DNA of 59,198 nucleotides, taken from NCBI GenBank assembly GCA_046318155.1, contig JBKCUU010000113.1, positions 1 through 59,198 of the forward strand, given 5' to 3'. A program made the position numbers and the translations under genes. The DNA comes from Bdellovibrio sp. GTDB taxonomy: Bacteria > Bdellovibrionota > Bdellovibrionia > Bdellovibrionales > Bdellovibrionaceae. Shown here piece by piece: positions 1 to 8,767 of this stretch; position 1 is the stretch's first letter; each line of letters begins with the position of its first letter. The notes below the pieces were generated by a model. It saw only the letters and a program-made list of their open reading frames with translations. It searched no databases and was not told the DNA's origin.

Positions 1-201
1 TCCACCAAATTTTTTGCTAGGATGGCAAAAGATTGTTTGAAATGGATTTTTAAGAGTATTTTTAACAACTTAAAGAAGAAGTTGTTCCGCAAATCTGATT
101 TTCTCAAATCACATTAAATCAGGGGAAATCATGGTGTTTGCAGACATCTGTCGTAATCGGCTGTAGTTATCGAAACCGATTACTACAAAACTGGGAGGGC
201 C

Positions 202-1302
202 ATGGCGAAATTTGAACCGATTGAGTTTCAAGCAAAAAATGGCTCGACATTAGTTTTCAGAAATATCGAAGGAAAAGACGCTGAAAAGCTTCTTGTATTC
301 AGACGACAAATTGCATCTGAAACAACAAATACAATGCAATATGTTGGGCAAGAATACCCTACAGTTGAGGAAACGGCAAAACGACTCAACGCTCAGCTTG
401 AAGACAAAAGCACCATCAATGTTGGGGTTTTCGATGGAGATCACATTGTTGGATATTTGAATTTAAGAATGCCTTGGGGGGATCACCCTTGGGTTACTCA
501 CCTTGCGCAGTTTGGAATGATGATTTTGAAGACCTATTGGGGACAAGGCATTGGCAAAAAAATGCTTCAAGTCCAAGAGACACATGCGCAAAAAATTGGT
601 GTTTCACGAATTGAGGCGATGGTTCGAGTTGCAAATGAGCGAGGTGTCACCTTATATGAGCGCTCCGGATATAAAATTGAAGGCACTCGAAAGAAAGCAG
701 CATTTATCAATGGCGAGTTTGTTGACGAGTATTTTATTGCGAAAGTATTGAATGATCCGCTCGAGAACTGGAGACCACCAACACTTGAAACTGATCGTTT
801 GATACTGAGGCCTATTGAATTGAGTGACGCTCCTGCAATTTTTGAATACGCATCAAATCCAGCGGTAAGTCTCTACACTCTCTGGGAGCCACATAAAACA
901 GTTGAAGATAGTCTTGATTACATCAAAGACTATATTTTTCATTATTATGCACAAGGCGTCCCTGAACCTTTTGGGATTGCGCTGAAAAATAATCCACAAA
1001 AACTTATCGGTACTGTCGGCTGTTTTTGGGTTTCGAAAAGCGCAAAGTCGATGGAGCTTGCCTATGCAGTTGGTCAAGACCATTGGGGGCAAGGCCTAGT
1101 TGCTGAGGCATCAAACGCCGTGATGGATTTTTGCTTTAAGAAATTTGAACTTAAAAGAATCCAAGCTCGTTGCAAAACAGAAAATAAAGCAAGCGCACGC
1201 GTGATGGAAAAAATTGGAATGACCTTTGAGGGCACTTTGCGCTCCGCCGTTTATCATCGAGATCGGCATTGGGATATGCACTACTATGCGAAGGTGACAT
1301 GA
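202..1302 (+). CDS. Tandem double-domain GNAT (RimJ/RimL-type) N-acetyltransferase
   Basis: Two GNAT repeats: YWGQGIGK...NERGVTLYERSGY and LETDRLILRP...HWGQGLVAEA...NKASARVMEKIGM; GGGAGG RBS upstream. Confidence 0.85.
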   Translation: MAKFEPIEFQAKNGSTLVFRNIEGKDAEKLLVFRRQIASETTNTMQYVGQEYPTVEETAKRLNAQLEDKSTINVGVFDGDHIVGYLNLRMPWGDHPWVTHLAQFGMMILKTYWGQGIGKKMLQVQETHAQKIGVSRIEAMVRVANERGVTLYERSGYKIEGTRKKAAFINGEFVDEYFIAKVLNDPLENWRPPTLETDRLILRPIELSDAPAIFEYASNPAVSLYTLWEPHKTVEDSLDYIKDYIFHYYAQGVPEPFGIALKNNPQKLIGTVGCFWVSKSAKSMELAYAVGQDHWGQGLVAEASNAVMDFCFKKFELKRIQARCKTENKASARVMEKIGMTFEGTLRSAVYHRDRHWDMHYYAKVT

Positions 1303-1373
1303 GTAAAATTTCTCTCGGACAAATTCAACGAATTGTAAATGATTACATTGGAGTAAATGGGGTTCTAAGATAA
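1299..1373 (+). pseudogene. 5' gene fragment (MSKISLGQIQRIVNDYIGVNGVLR*) truncated at the IS66 remnant
   Basis: ATG overlaps the GNAT stop (ATGA coupling); the frame ends where the transposase homology begins. Confidence 0.4.
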
Positions 1374-1642
1374 TGGTTTTACCGAACGCGCGATTAGAAA
1401 GTTGGCCATCGGAAGAAATAATTGGATGTTTAGCGACTCAGTCGACGGCGCCAATGCCAGTGCACTTCTTTATAGCTTGGTCGTCACCGCAAAGGTGAAT
1501 GGCGTTGATCCTTACAAAGCGTTAGTTAAAATCATCAAGGAACTACCGCTGGCGAAAAATATTGAGGATTTTGAACGCCCGGCCGATGTCATTTTAACAC
1601 CTGAGAACCCTGTTTAGCAAAAAAGATTCATGGCGCGCTTAC
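1369..1642 (+). mobile_element. IS66-family insertion sequence remnant (TnpC C-terminus plus right terminal inverted repeat)
   Basis: Frame 1369-1617 reads DNGFTERAIRKLAIGRNNWMFSDS...ASALLYSLVVTAKVNGVDPY, the IS66 TnpC C-terminal signature; ends ...GGCGCGCTTAC at 1642 (reverse complement GTAAGCG, the IS66 terminus); in-frame TAA at 1366 and no left end seen. Confidence 0.85.
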
Positions 1643-1756
1643 GCAAAGATTGCAAAAAAACTTGGTTTGCCTGAAATGGGCTTGATTCAAATCGCGCTAA
1701 AAGATTCTCTCGTGAAAGAGGGATTCGATTACGACGTGAAATTAGAGTCAGCATAG
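1643..1756 (+). pseudogene. 3' fragment of a small HTH-like protein (AKIAKKLGLPEMGLIQIALKDSL...) cut by IS66
   Basis: Open 37-codon frame starts exactly at the IS end and resembles an XRE-type C-terminus. Confidence 0.4.
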
Positions 1757-1808
1757 TTCAAAGACTAAGCGTGTAGTGCAAATTCGTGGTTTGACTGCGG
1801 AGGGGGGT

Positions 1809-2390
1809 TCAATTTTCATCGCCTTTTGTCGTTGTTGCCTGCTCCACGTCCTCGATGGGAAAACTCTTGGATGAGTTTTCAATATCCGGTGGTACGAGTA
1901 AGTCTTCGAGAAAAAAAGCTGAGAGTTCGGATCTTCCTGAAAGACCTGATTTTGAATAAATAGCCAACGACTGAACGCGAGCCGTCTTTTCAGCGGTATT
2001 TCGAATTTCAGCAATTTCCTTTAGGCTCATTCCTTTAAGCAGCAGAAAGGCCACTTCCTTTTCAGCTACAGTTAGCTTCCACTTTGATAGTTGTTGGTCG
2101 ATTGCTTTGGAAAGGCCATCGAGATATTTTCTGGATTCAACCTTCCAGAGCTCAGCTTCCTTTTTGAAGTGATTGAAGTCCGTGATTTCTCTCTCTAGTC
2201 GATGCTTCAATTCAACAGATCCACGAAGGATATAGAAAACACCGAGCAAGGCAACGGCGGCAATAGAAGCCTCTACCAGTAGGTGCCATATAGCGACTCC
2301 TTCTTTTGAGTCGGTAAAAAGATCGAAGCCAACCATGACCGCAATAACGGCAAGCACAAAAGCAATAACAACTCTTTCTTTTTGATTCAC
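1809..2390 (-). CDS. Membrane-anchored LuxR-family HTH transcriptional regulator
   Basis: Two N-terminal TM helices; LTVAEKEVAFLLLKGMSLKEIAEIR...IYSKSG LuxR HTH. Confidence 0.85.
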   Translation of the reverse strand: MNQKERVVIAFVLAVIAVMVGFDLFTDSKEGVAIWHLLVEASIAAVALLGVFYILRGSVELKHRLEREITDFNHFKKEAELWKVESRKYLDGLSKAIDQQLSKWKLTVAEKEVAFLLLKGMSLKEIAEIRNTAEKTARVQSLAIYSKSGLSGRSELSAFFLEDLLVPPDIENSSKSFPIEDVEQATTTKGDEN

Positions 2391-2423
2391 ACTGCGTCCC
2401 TCGAAATATTTGATGGAATAGAA

Positions 2424-3182
2424 CTAATCATCATCTCCCTTTTCGAGCTTTGTTTCTTGTTCGTCGCCAGAGCCTTCATTCTGTGTTCCCTCGTTTTCTT
2501 CATTCTCGCCCAGTTGCAGTGTTGTTCCAAAAAATTGAAGAGATTGGGTTTGACTGTTGTAATTCTTAATTAGATTTAGTCCAAATGCTACTACGAGTCC
2601 AATGAGTAGAATGCCGAATATCGATTTTGACGAAGGAATCGTTTGGTCAATTGCTACGTCCGCTTTTCTTCCATCAATCATACTAAGGCCAATCATTTCT
2701 TGGAGGCGAATCGTGTGAAGGATAATTCCAGCTACATGTAGAACCACAACAATAATGAAACCATTTGCTAAAAGTTCGTGAACATCTTCGAACGTTTCCT
2801 TGTTAGGACCAGAGGTCATAAGATAGCCGGTCGTAGCAAGCCCAAGAGCCATCACCATCATGACAATTCCGGCCCAGCTAGAGGCTGGATTGTGGCCAGC
2901 CCATCTTCTTTTTTCGCCGACTAAAATACCTTTGAAGTAATTAATAAGGTCTATTGGCTTTAAGGCAAATCCCGAGAATCGAGCATGCTTTGTCCCGAAA
3001 AAGCCCCACAAAATTCTAAGGAGGACTAAAAAACCTAAAGTCAGTCCAGCGAGTGAATGGTAGTTAAACCAGACAGAGTCATCATCAATGGTCTTTGCAA
3101 TTACAAACGCTGTTAAAAACAAACCAGCAAATAGCCAGTGAAAAAGTCTGGTTGGCAGGTCGTATACAAGGTGTTGTCTCAT
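2424..3182 (-). CDS. Cytochrome b/b6 (Ni/Fe-hydrogenase b-type) domain protein
   Basis: YDLPTRLFHW, RILWGFFG, GHNP, DVHE, LHVAG heme-ligand motifs; start at MRQHL preferred. Confidence 0.88.
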   Translation of the reverse strand: MRQHLVYDLPTRLFHWLFAGLFLTAFVIAKTIDDDSVWFNYHSLAGLTLGFLVLLRILWGFFGTKHARFSGFALKPIDLINYFKGILVGEKRRWAGHNPASSWAGIVMMVMALGLATTGYLMTSGPNKETFEDVHELLANGFIIVVVLHVAGIILHTIRLQEMIGLSMIDGRKADVAIDQTIPSSKSIFGILLIGLVVAFGLNLIKNYNSQTQSLQFFGTTLQLGENEENEGTQNEGSGDEQETKLEKGDDD

Positions 3183-3391
3183 AAAAACTCCATTCAAAAT
3201 TGAAAAAGTAAAACTCCTACTGCAAATATCGACCCAAATACAAAAGCTGTCTATGGACCGAATGACCTAAACCAAGTGAAATTGAATATTTGGAGGCTTA
3301 TAGGCTATTCGGACAATTCACAAAGTATCGCTCAAGCCGATATTCTTGTTGAGCTTGGGACTTAGCCCATTGCAACAAAAGGAGATGTCCA

Positions 3392-3655
3392 ATGAAAAAT
3401 ATGATTTTAGCTACTCTGATAGCCTTTGTCTCAGTTAGTGCACACGCGAAAAAGAACTGCACCGAGCAGCCAAAGGACAAATGGATGAAACAAGAGGATT
3501 TTAAGAAAAAGGCTGAGGGGCTGGGTTACAAAATCAATAAGTTTAAGCAGCCAGGTTCTTGCTATGAAATCTATGGCCTGAACAAAGACGGAAAGAAAGT
3601 TGAAGTCTATTTCAATCCAGTAGATGGGTCAGTTGTTAAAGAAGAAATCGACTAG
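3392..3655 (+). CDS. Exported PepSY-domain protein
   Basis: Signal peptide; GSCYEIYGLNKDGKKVEVYFNPVDG PepSY_2 motif; AAGGAG RBS; usual partner of cytochrome b genes. Confidence 0.85.
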   Translation: MKNMILATLIAFVSVSAHAKKNCTEQPKDKWMKQEDFKKKAEGLGYKINKFKQPGSCYEIYGLNKDGKKVEVYFNPVDGSVVKEEID

Positions 3656-3672
3656 ATGAATATTTAAGGTGG

Positions 3673-3696
3673 GCGCGGTTTTAACCGCGCTTTTCT
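3673..3696 (+). terminator. Intrinsic terminator after the PepSY gene
   Basis: GCGCGGTT-TT-AACCGCGC hairpin followed by TTTTCT. Confidence 0.7.
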
Positions 3697-3787
3697 GCTT
3701 AGTTCCCGTTTGTAGATTCGCCGAACTGTAGCCGGGTGCCACCGTCCACGACCCGATGGACACCTTATCCCGCGACTGTGAAGCCAG

Positions 3788-3843
3788 TGTAAGCAACGGT
3801 TTCGAAAGGGACAGATCCCACCCCTTCGAAACCGTTGCTTACA
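3788..3843. repeat. Long inverted repeat (19-bp perfect arms)
   Basis: TGTAAGCAACGGTTTCGAA (3788-3806) / TTCGAAACCGTTGCTTACA (3825-3843); extends to 23 bp with one mismatch around a 10-nt loop. Confidence 0.9.
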
Positions 3844-4021
3844 TATGTGTAGCGAGTGTGTAGATCATAACAGCCTGATTTTACTTATTCGGCCCGGAAA
3901 AACTTAAATCTTTCTCGCAATGAACTGTTAGTTGTTTTCTTGCCAGTGAGTTTATTCAGGCATGCATGTTGATAAAAATGCAGTTATTCCGATCTTATCC
4001 TTGAGCTGTCGATTGTCTGAT

Positions 4022-4639
4022 CTAGTAGAGATTGCCAAGCACAATTCTGGGGTCTACAAATACATTCATGGACCGGAGTTGATCTTTGCCTGAAACGACT
4101 CCTGGCATGTCACACCTTTGAGGTTCTGTTATCGACAACTGAAAGTGCAAATGCGGCGGCCACCCGCCATTTTCTTCAGGCTGTCCAAGCCATCCCAAGA
4201 GCTGACCCGCTTCGAAGTTTTTCAAATCCAAAGCACCTTGAACTGAATCGTGACTGAGGTGACCGTAAAGAGCCCACAATTTGACTCCAGCAATCACGTG
4301 TTCAGTAATAATTGTGCCACCATAATCGCCGGAGCCAGCATTTACTGCCGCGCAAAAAACTGAACCCGCATAGAAAGAAAAGACCGGCGTCGCGGCAGGG
4401 GCTCCAATGTCGATGCCCATGTGAATATCTCGGTGTTCCTCTCCAGGCTTGCCAAAAAGATCAGCCGTGTACATAGCTGGTCGTCGCTCGTTGTATTTTC
4501 CAATTGAATACTTGGTCATTGGATTCGGAGTCGAGGCCTTGCTAAAATCCAGAATCTCATAATTTTCTGGCAAGCGAACGACAGGGTGGAATTTGATTTG
4601 CGAGAAGACTTCATTTAAATTCAAAAACTCGCTCCCCAT
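4022..4639 (-). CDS. M23 family (peptidoglycan DD-) metalloendopeptidase
   Basis: HMGID, YGHL and PPHLHFQ motifs. Confidence 0.88.
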   Translation of the reverse strand: MGSEFLNLNEVFSQIKFHPVVRLPENYEILDFSKASTPNPMTKYSIGKYNERRPAMYTADLFGKPGEEHRDIHMGIDIGAPAATPVFSFYAGSVFCAAVNAGSGDYGGTIITEHVIAGVKLWALYGHLSHDSVQGALDLKNFEAGQLLGWLGQPEENGGWPPHLHFQLSITEPQRCDMPGVVSGKDQLRSMNVFVDPRIVLGNLY

Positions 4640-4797
4640 GGATTGCTTAAGCTAACACCGCATCAAGTTTATAGCCATTTTAAAAATCGCGGGCTGCCTC
4701 GAAAACACTTCGAACAGCCTTTGCGGTATCAAAAATTTTACAGCGCAACGTTTCTCAAAATGCTCCGACGCTGTCCACTTCTCAATTAAGCGGAGGC

Positions 4798-5210
4798 TTA
4801 TTGTCCTTGTCCCAGCGAGTAGCCTTTTTCGCCGTCGAAGAGATAAAGGTTCTCAGTTTTGATAACATCGATGCTTGTCTGGCTGAGCTCCCGCATCAGC
4901 ATCCACAAAACAGCGTGATTGCTGATGCCTCCATCTTTCGTGAGCAATCGGCAGCGCCAATGATCTGTTTTGAATGTTTCTTTCATTCCCTGCGGATAAA
5001 CTTTGACACCCCGGTTCGTGATCATTTGAAGAGTCAGCGGCAGATTGCGAATGGCTGAATTGAGTCTTTCCGCCAAAAGATCAGGGTTCCGATTGTCTTC
5101 CTGAACAAAGATATCAACCCCGACAAGCTCCTTCGTCGCGGTGTGCACAGTCCTCTTTTCATATTTGAGATGCAGGGGTGCTTCGTCAGAATATTGCGCC
5201 TTCTGGAGCC
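4798..5210 (-). pseudogene. Isolated C-terminal domain of NADP-isocitrate dehydrogenase (Thermus/Rickettsia long type); no catalytic domain
   Basis: KELVGVDIFV, LQMITNRGVKVYP, TDHWRCR, KTENLYLFDGEKGYSLGQGQ; no convincing start, and the frame runs into the upstream gene. Confidence 0.65.
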
Positions 5211-5251
5211 AATCAATTAACCAATTCTCTCGCGGCGATCTCCGTCGACGC

Positions 5252-5734
5252 CTACTTCTTTTTTTTGGATTTCTGGTCAAGCTCTTCTAGTTCTCTGAGC
5301 TCTTCTTCATCAAGGTCTTCTTCGTCCCAGTCGTCGTCGAATTCCTCCTCGTCGTCATACTCTTCACTACGATAGTCTTCGTCAGTTGCTTCGTCGTCGG
5401 TGTCTTCAGCGATTTCAGATTTTTGATTCTTTTTGAAAGCAGGACGCACGAGCTTGTTTGTTCGAACTCCAGGCTTAGCCAAAATCTCGACGTACACAAC
5501 TTCTGAGCCATCCGCGATGACTTTGTCGATCTGCTTGCCGATGTCACCGGCTTTCACCACGAGGGCAGAGTCTGCATCTTTACCGCAGCGGCAATCAAAG
5601 TCCCAATAATCAACCCCCTCAGCAAGAGGCTTGCGGCGCTCACGGGCAAAGTACTTGTTCACATCGGCCTTGATGGATTCAAGGACGCGTGCGGGTTTAT
5701 GCTTGTCGGACTTGAGGCTGAACGTTTTTTTCAT
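5252..5734 (-). CDS. DUF6172-like small protein with a long acidic C-terminal tail
   Basis: MKKTFSL...RERRKPLAEGVDYWDFDCRCG...YVEILAKPG, then a D/E-rich tail. Confidence 0.75.
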   Translation of the reverse strand: MKKTFSLKSDKHKPARVLESIKADVNKYFARERRKPLAEGVDYWDFDCRCGKDADSALVVKAGDIGKQIDKVIADGSEVVYVEILAKPGVRTNKLVRPAFKKNQKSEIAEDTDDEATDEDYRSEEYDDEEEFDDDWDEEDLDEEELRELEELDQKSKKKK

Positions 5735-5800
5735 AGGGGCATGGTCTAGCCTAAGTCCGCCGGTTTCGCAATGAGTTATCCAACTTACGTATTGCTGTCG

Positions 5801-6664
5801 TCATTTTTGTAATTCCAGAAAATAAAAGGCAAAACCCCAGCTCGCGCCCGAGGCGCAAAAAAGAAGAGCCGTCGCCTTCAAAGCCTGCAGACGCAGGGGC
5901 GAGCTCCCAATTGTCAAAATCAAGAATAACTTTGAGACGTAAGACGCTGCCACTGAGATTGCGAGCAGCCCACACAACAACAAAGTGCTTGAAGAGCCCG
6001 ATTCGTGCATCTGAACATTGGCAATAATCGAACCATGAATTTCAAATAAAGACACAAGCGAAGTCAAAATGACAATCCCGTTCTTTCCAAAGTAGTTTTG
6101 TAGGATTTTTGAAATCGAAATGATGACAAGAATAAAGACGGCAAGTTTTAAAATAGGCAGAACCTCAAACTCTGAAATTTTGCTGGATTCGACCTGCCCA
6201 TGAACTTGGCGTGATTGAATCAAAATCAATGCGCCCGTGGCGAAGAGGGGCCCTACAAAGATCAGAAGCAAAGGCCAGTGAACTTCAGATAAACCGGCGG
6301 TTACTAAAACCAGTCCTTCGATCAACATTGCACTCGTTGCAGCTAAAAACATCAGCATCGCACTGGCCGTCGAGGAGGTGCCGGTCAACTGACTTCGCCT
6401 TGCCAGTGATGCCGTTGTCGCTGTGCTTGAAACGAGTCCGCCCAAAAACCCCGTGAGCAAGGCACCTGTTCGTGCCCCGAGGTATTGCGCCATCAAAGAC
6501 CCGAAGACTTGAACAACGGCCAAAGCAAAAATCATCGTCGCAACTTTTTTTGGATTCATTAAATGCCAAGGATCCAAAGGTGCCGCCGGCGCAAGCCAAG
6601 TCAGGAGCGCCAGCAGGGCAAGAGCCAAGCTTGGCTTCAACCAATGTTTTAATCGATCACTCAT
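5801..6664 (-). CDS. DUF4010 (MgtC/SapB-associated) membrane protein
   Basis: LTGFLGGLVSSTATT motif, multiple TM helices; start at MSDRLK preferred. Confidence 0.8.
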   Translation of the reverse strand: MSDRLKHWLKPSLALALLALLTWLAPAAPLDPWHLMNPKKVATMIFALAVVQVFGSLMAQYLGARTGALLTGFLGGLVSSTATTASLARRSQLTGTSSTASAMLMFLAATSAMLIEGLVLVTAGLSEVHWPLLLIFVGPLFATGALILIQSRQVHGQVESSKISEFEVLPILKLAVFILVIISISKILQNYFGKNGIVILTSLVSLFEIHGSIIANVQMHESGSSSTLLLCGLLAISVAASYVSKLFLILTIGSSPLRLQALKATALLFCASGASWGFAFYFLELQK

Positions 6665-6865
6665 ACGACTGTTCCAAACAAGGAGCCGATCGCGGCTGTT
6701 AAGGCCATCACAAGTGCGCCCCAAAACAAAACGCGGTGCGCAGCCAGCCAATATGTTCGGACCGGTGAGATTCAGGCAGCATCGAAGCAGGTTTCACGGC
6801 ATCTCCTTGTCAAAGTTGTTTTACCAGGTTCTCTTCAAGAGGGCATCAAATGAGGTCTCAAAGGC

Positions 6866-7078
6866 GTGCGGTGGTACCGCTCGTCTTCCGAGAAAGAGGT
6901 CGCGCTTTTGCTTTTAAAAGGGCTGAGTCTTAAAGAAATCGCGCAACTTCGAGAGACGGCAGAAAAGACGGTTCCAGCGCAATCCGTGGCCATTGACTCG
7001 AAATCGGGTCTCGCAGGCCGCTCAGAGCTGTCGGCCTTTTTTTTAGAAGATCTATTGGTTTCGCAAGCCAGGCCCTGA
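6866..7078 (+). pseudogene. Truncated LuxR HTH paralog of 1809-2390
   Basis: EKEVALLLLKGLSLKEIA...SKSGLAGRSELSAFFLEDLL closely matches the C-terminus of 1809-2390; TM/sensor part absent. Confidence 0.7.
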
Positions 7079-8575
7079 TTAAAATCCAGCTGTTAAGCCG
7101 AGCAAAGCGATGGATTGCGAATTTTTCGCTGTCCCGTCTTTGGTGAAAACATCCTCGGAGCTCTGGTCCAGACGACCTTCAACTCGAAACGTCAGACCTG
7201 GTGTCAGCTTATTTTCAACAGTCAAAGTGTAGGTCGAAAGTCTTTGCCCATTAGGCAATGCTTCAGCCATGGCAAGGTTGTCTTTGTCATCTATCGATTC
7301 GATTCGACCAGCCACAGCCCACTGATCATTGAATTGATACTTCGAATAGACGGCGGCACCCGTCGCCATGTACTTGTCATGTTGGTATTGATCTGCATTG
7401 AAGGCAAAACTGAGCTTGTCCGTCATTTTATAGGTTGCGATCAGATCATAGACGGCCCGGTTTTTATTGGGAGTAGCTGCGTTCAAGTTTGTGGGCACCA
7501 AATCATTGCCAGCAATCACGTTGAGGTAAAGAGACAAACGGTCTGTCGGCAGCCATGCGATCTGTCCGCCATAACTTTTTTGCTTGTTGTCTTCATATGA
7601 ATTGTTCCAGCCATTTGCGACGAGACCCATCACCGAAAGGTTATCAGATATCGCATACGTGGCCTTGGCACCCTGATGCCAAAAAGGAATGAGGTAGCCA
7701 AACATCACGCTTCGTGACGAATTCCAGTTGTCTTGCGTCTCGATGACCTCATATCCCAGATGGGTGGCAAAGCGACCAAATTCCAGGTTGAGCTTTTCAG
7801 TGGCTTTGTAAGCAACAATAGCTTGCTTCACGTGAATTTGCCCCGAGTCCGTTTTCGTTCCAGAAATAGCCTGCATGGCGGGCCCATAGGCGAGGTCGAG
7901 CGTTGTTGTTAAGTCGCCACTGACTTTTTGAACCTGAAACCGGGCGTAGCTCAACTGGAGATCGTCATGATAGTAATCAAAGACGTGATACTTGTTCTGA
8001 ACCTGTGGTGCGGCGGCAGTTGGCGTCGCAGTCACTGGATCCGGGTTGTTTGAGTTGTTTGCGTAGTAAAGGTCTACTGAACCCTTAAAGCTCAAGCCCT
8101 CAAAACTTTTTACGATTTGCGCAAGAGCAGGACTATCAACTCCTGAATTCGCGACGGTCCGCTCTGGCAACGCTGGAGCCACGACAACATCAAGAGGAGT
8201 CGGTGCAGGGTTCTGGGGTGCAGCCACCGTAACGGCTTGAGCCGGGGGCTGAGGACCTAGGTCGCGGGCCTGCCGCCAGACTTTTCCTTTGAGAACAAAA
8301 GAAGTGCGGCCCCAGCCCTCGGCCTTACGAACAACGACGGCTCTATAATTATAGAGAGAACCACGGTAGGTCAGAACCGCTCTTGACCCCGTACACTTAA
8401 TGGTAGGTTCGACCAAGGCCGAGGCCTCTTGGCAGCCGCTGAAATCAAATTTGGCTTTGAGATTAGAACAACTGTCTCCTTCTATCACAGATAACTTTCC
8501 ACAAGTTTCAAGTCCCTGTGCATGGACACCAGAAAAACCGAATACCAGTCCGAATAAAAGTAGTTGCCAACGCAT
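7079..8575 (-). CDS. Outer-membrane beta-barrel porin (BBP2-like) with N-terminal Cys-containing domain
   Basis: Signal peptide MRWQLLL, AAGGAG RBS, GRFATHLGYEVI, NWNSSRS, NGWNN motifs, terminal Phe. Confidence 0.8.
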   Translation of the reverse strand: MRWQLLLFGLVFGFSGVHAQGLETCGKLSVIEGDSCSNLKAKFDFSGCQEASALVEPTIKCTGSRAVLTYRGSLYNYRAVVVRKAEGWGRTSFVLKGKVWRQARDLGPQPPAQAVTVAAPQNPAPTPLDVVVAPALPERTVANSGVDSPALAQIVKSFEGLSFKGSVDLYYANNSNNPDPVTATPTAAAPQVQNKYHVFDYYHDDLQLSYARFQVQKVSGDLTTTLDLAYGPAMQAISGTKTDSGQIHVKQAIVAYKATEKLNLEFGRFATHLGYEVIETQDNWNSSRSVMFGYLIPFWHQGAKATYAISDNLSVMGLVANGWNNSYEDNKQKSYGGQIAWLPTDRLSLYLNVIAGNDLVPTNLNAATPNKNRAVYDLIATYKMTDKLSFAFNADQYQHDKYMATGAAVYSKYQFNDQWAVAGRIESIDDKDNLAMAEALPNGQRLSTYTLTVENKLTPGLTFRVEGRLDQSSEDVFTKDGTAKNSQSIALLGLTAGF

Positions 8576-8645
8576 CTCCATCTCCTTGTTGCTTGAGGTC
8601 TGTTGAGCAGCTTTAAATGTTCGGCTCGAGTAGAAAAAGTAACCA

Positions 8646-8718
8646 ATGAAGATTTCTCCATGGTCCCCGACCCTGGGCGTTTGGCTGGAAAAATCCGACC
8701 CATGAAGATTTCTCCATG
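8646..8718. promoter_or_regulatory. Two identical 17-bp direct repeats (ATGAAGATTTCTCCATG) in the porin/cheA divergent promoter region
   Basis: Copies at 8646-8662 and 8702-8718. Confidence 0.6.
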
Positions 8719-8767
8719 TGCTAAATCTTGGTTCGAGTTTTTTCAAGCCGTCGCCGATTTCTGTGTC

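Noticed and set aside
1402..1617. Functional transposase gene
   Set aside because: Only the C-terminal ~80 codons remain, preceded by an in-frame stop; no tnpA/tnpB or left end
5178..5375. Ser-rich ORF on the + strand
   Set aside because: Antisense shadow of the acidic GAA/GAC-rich tail of 5252-5734
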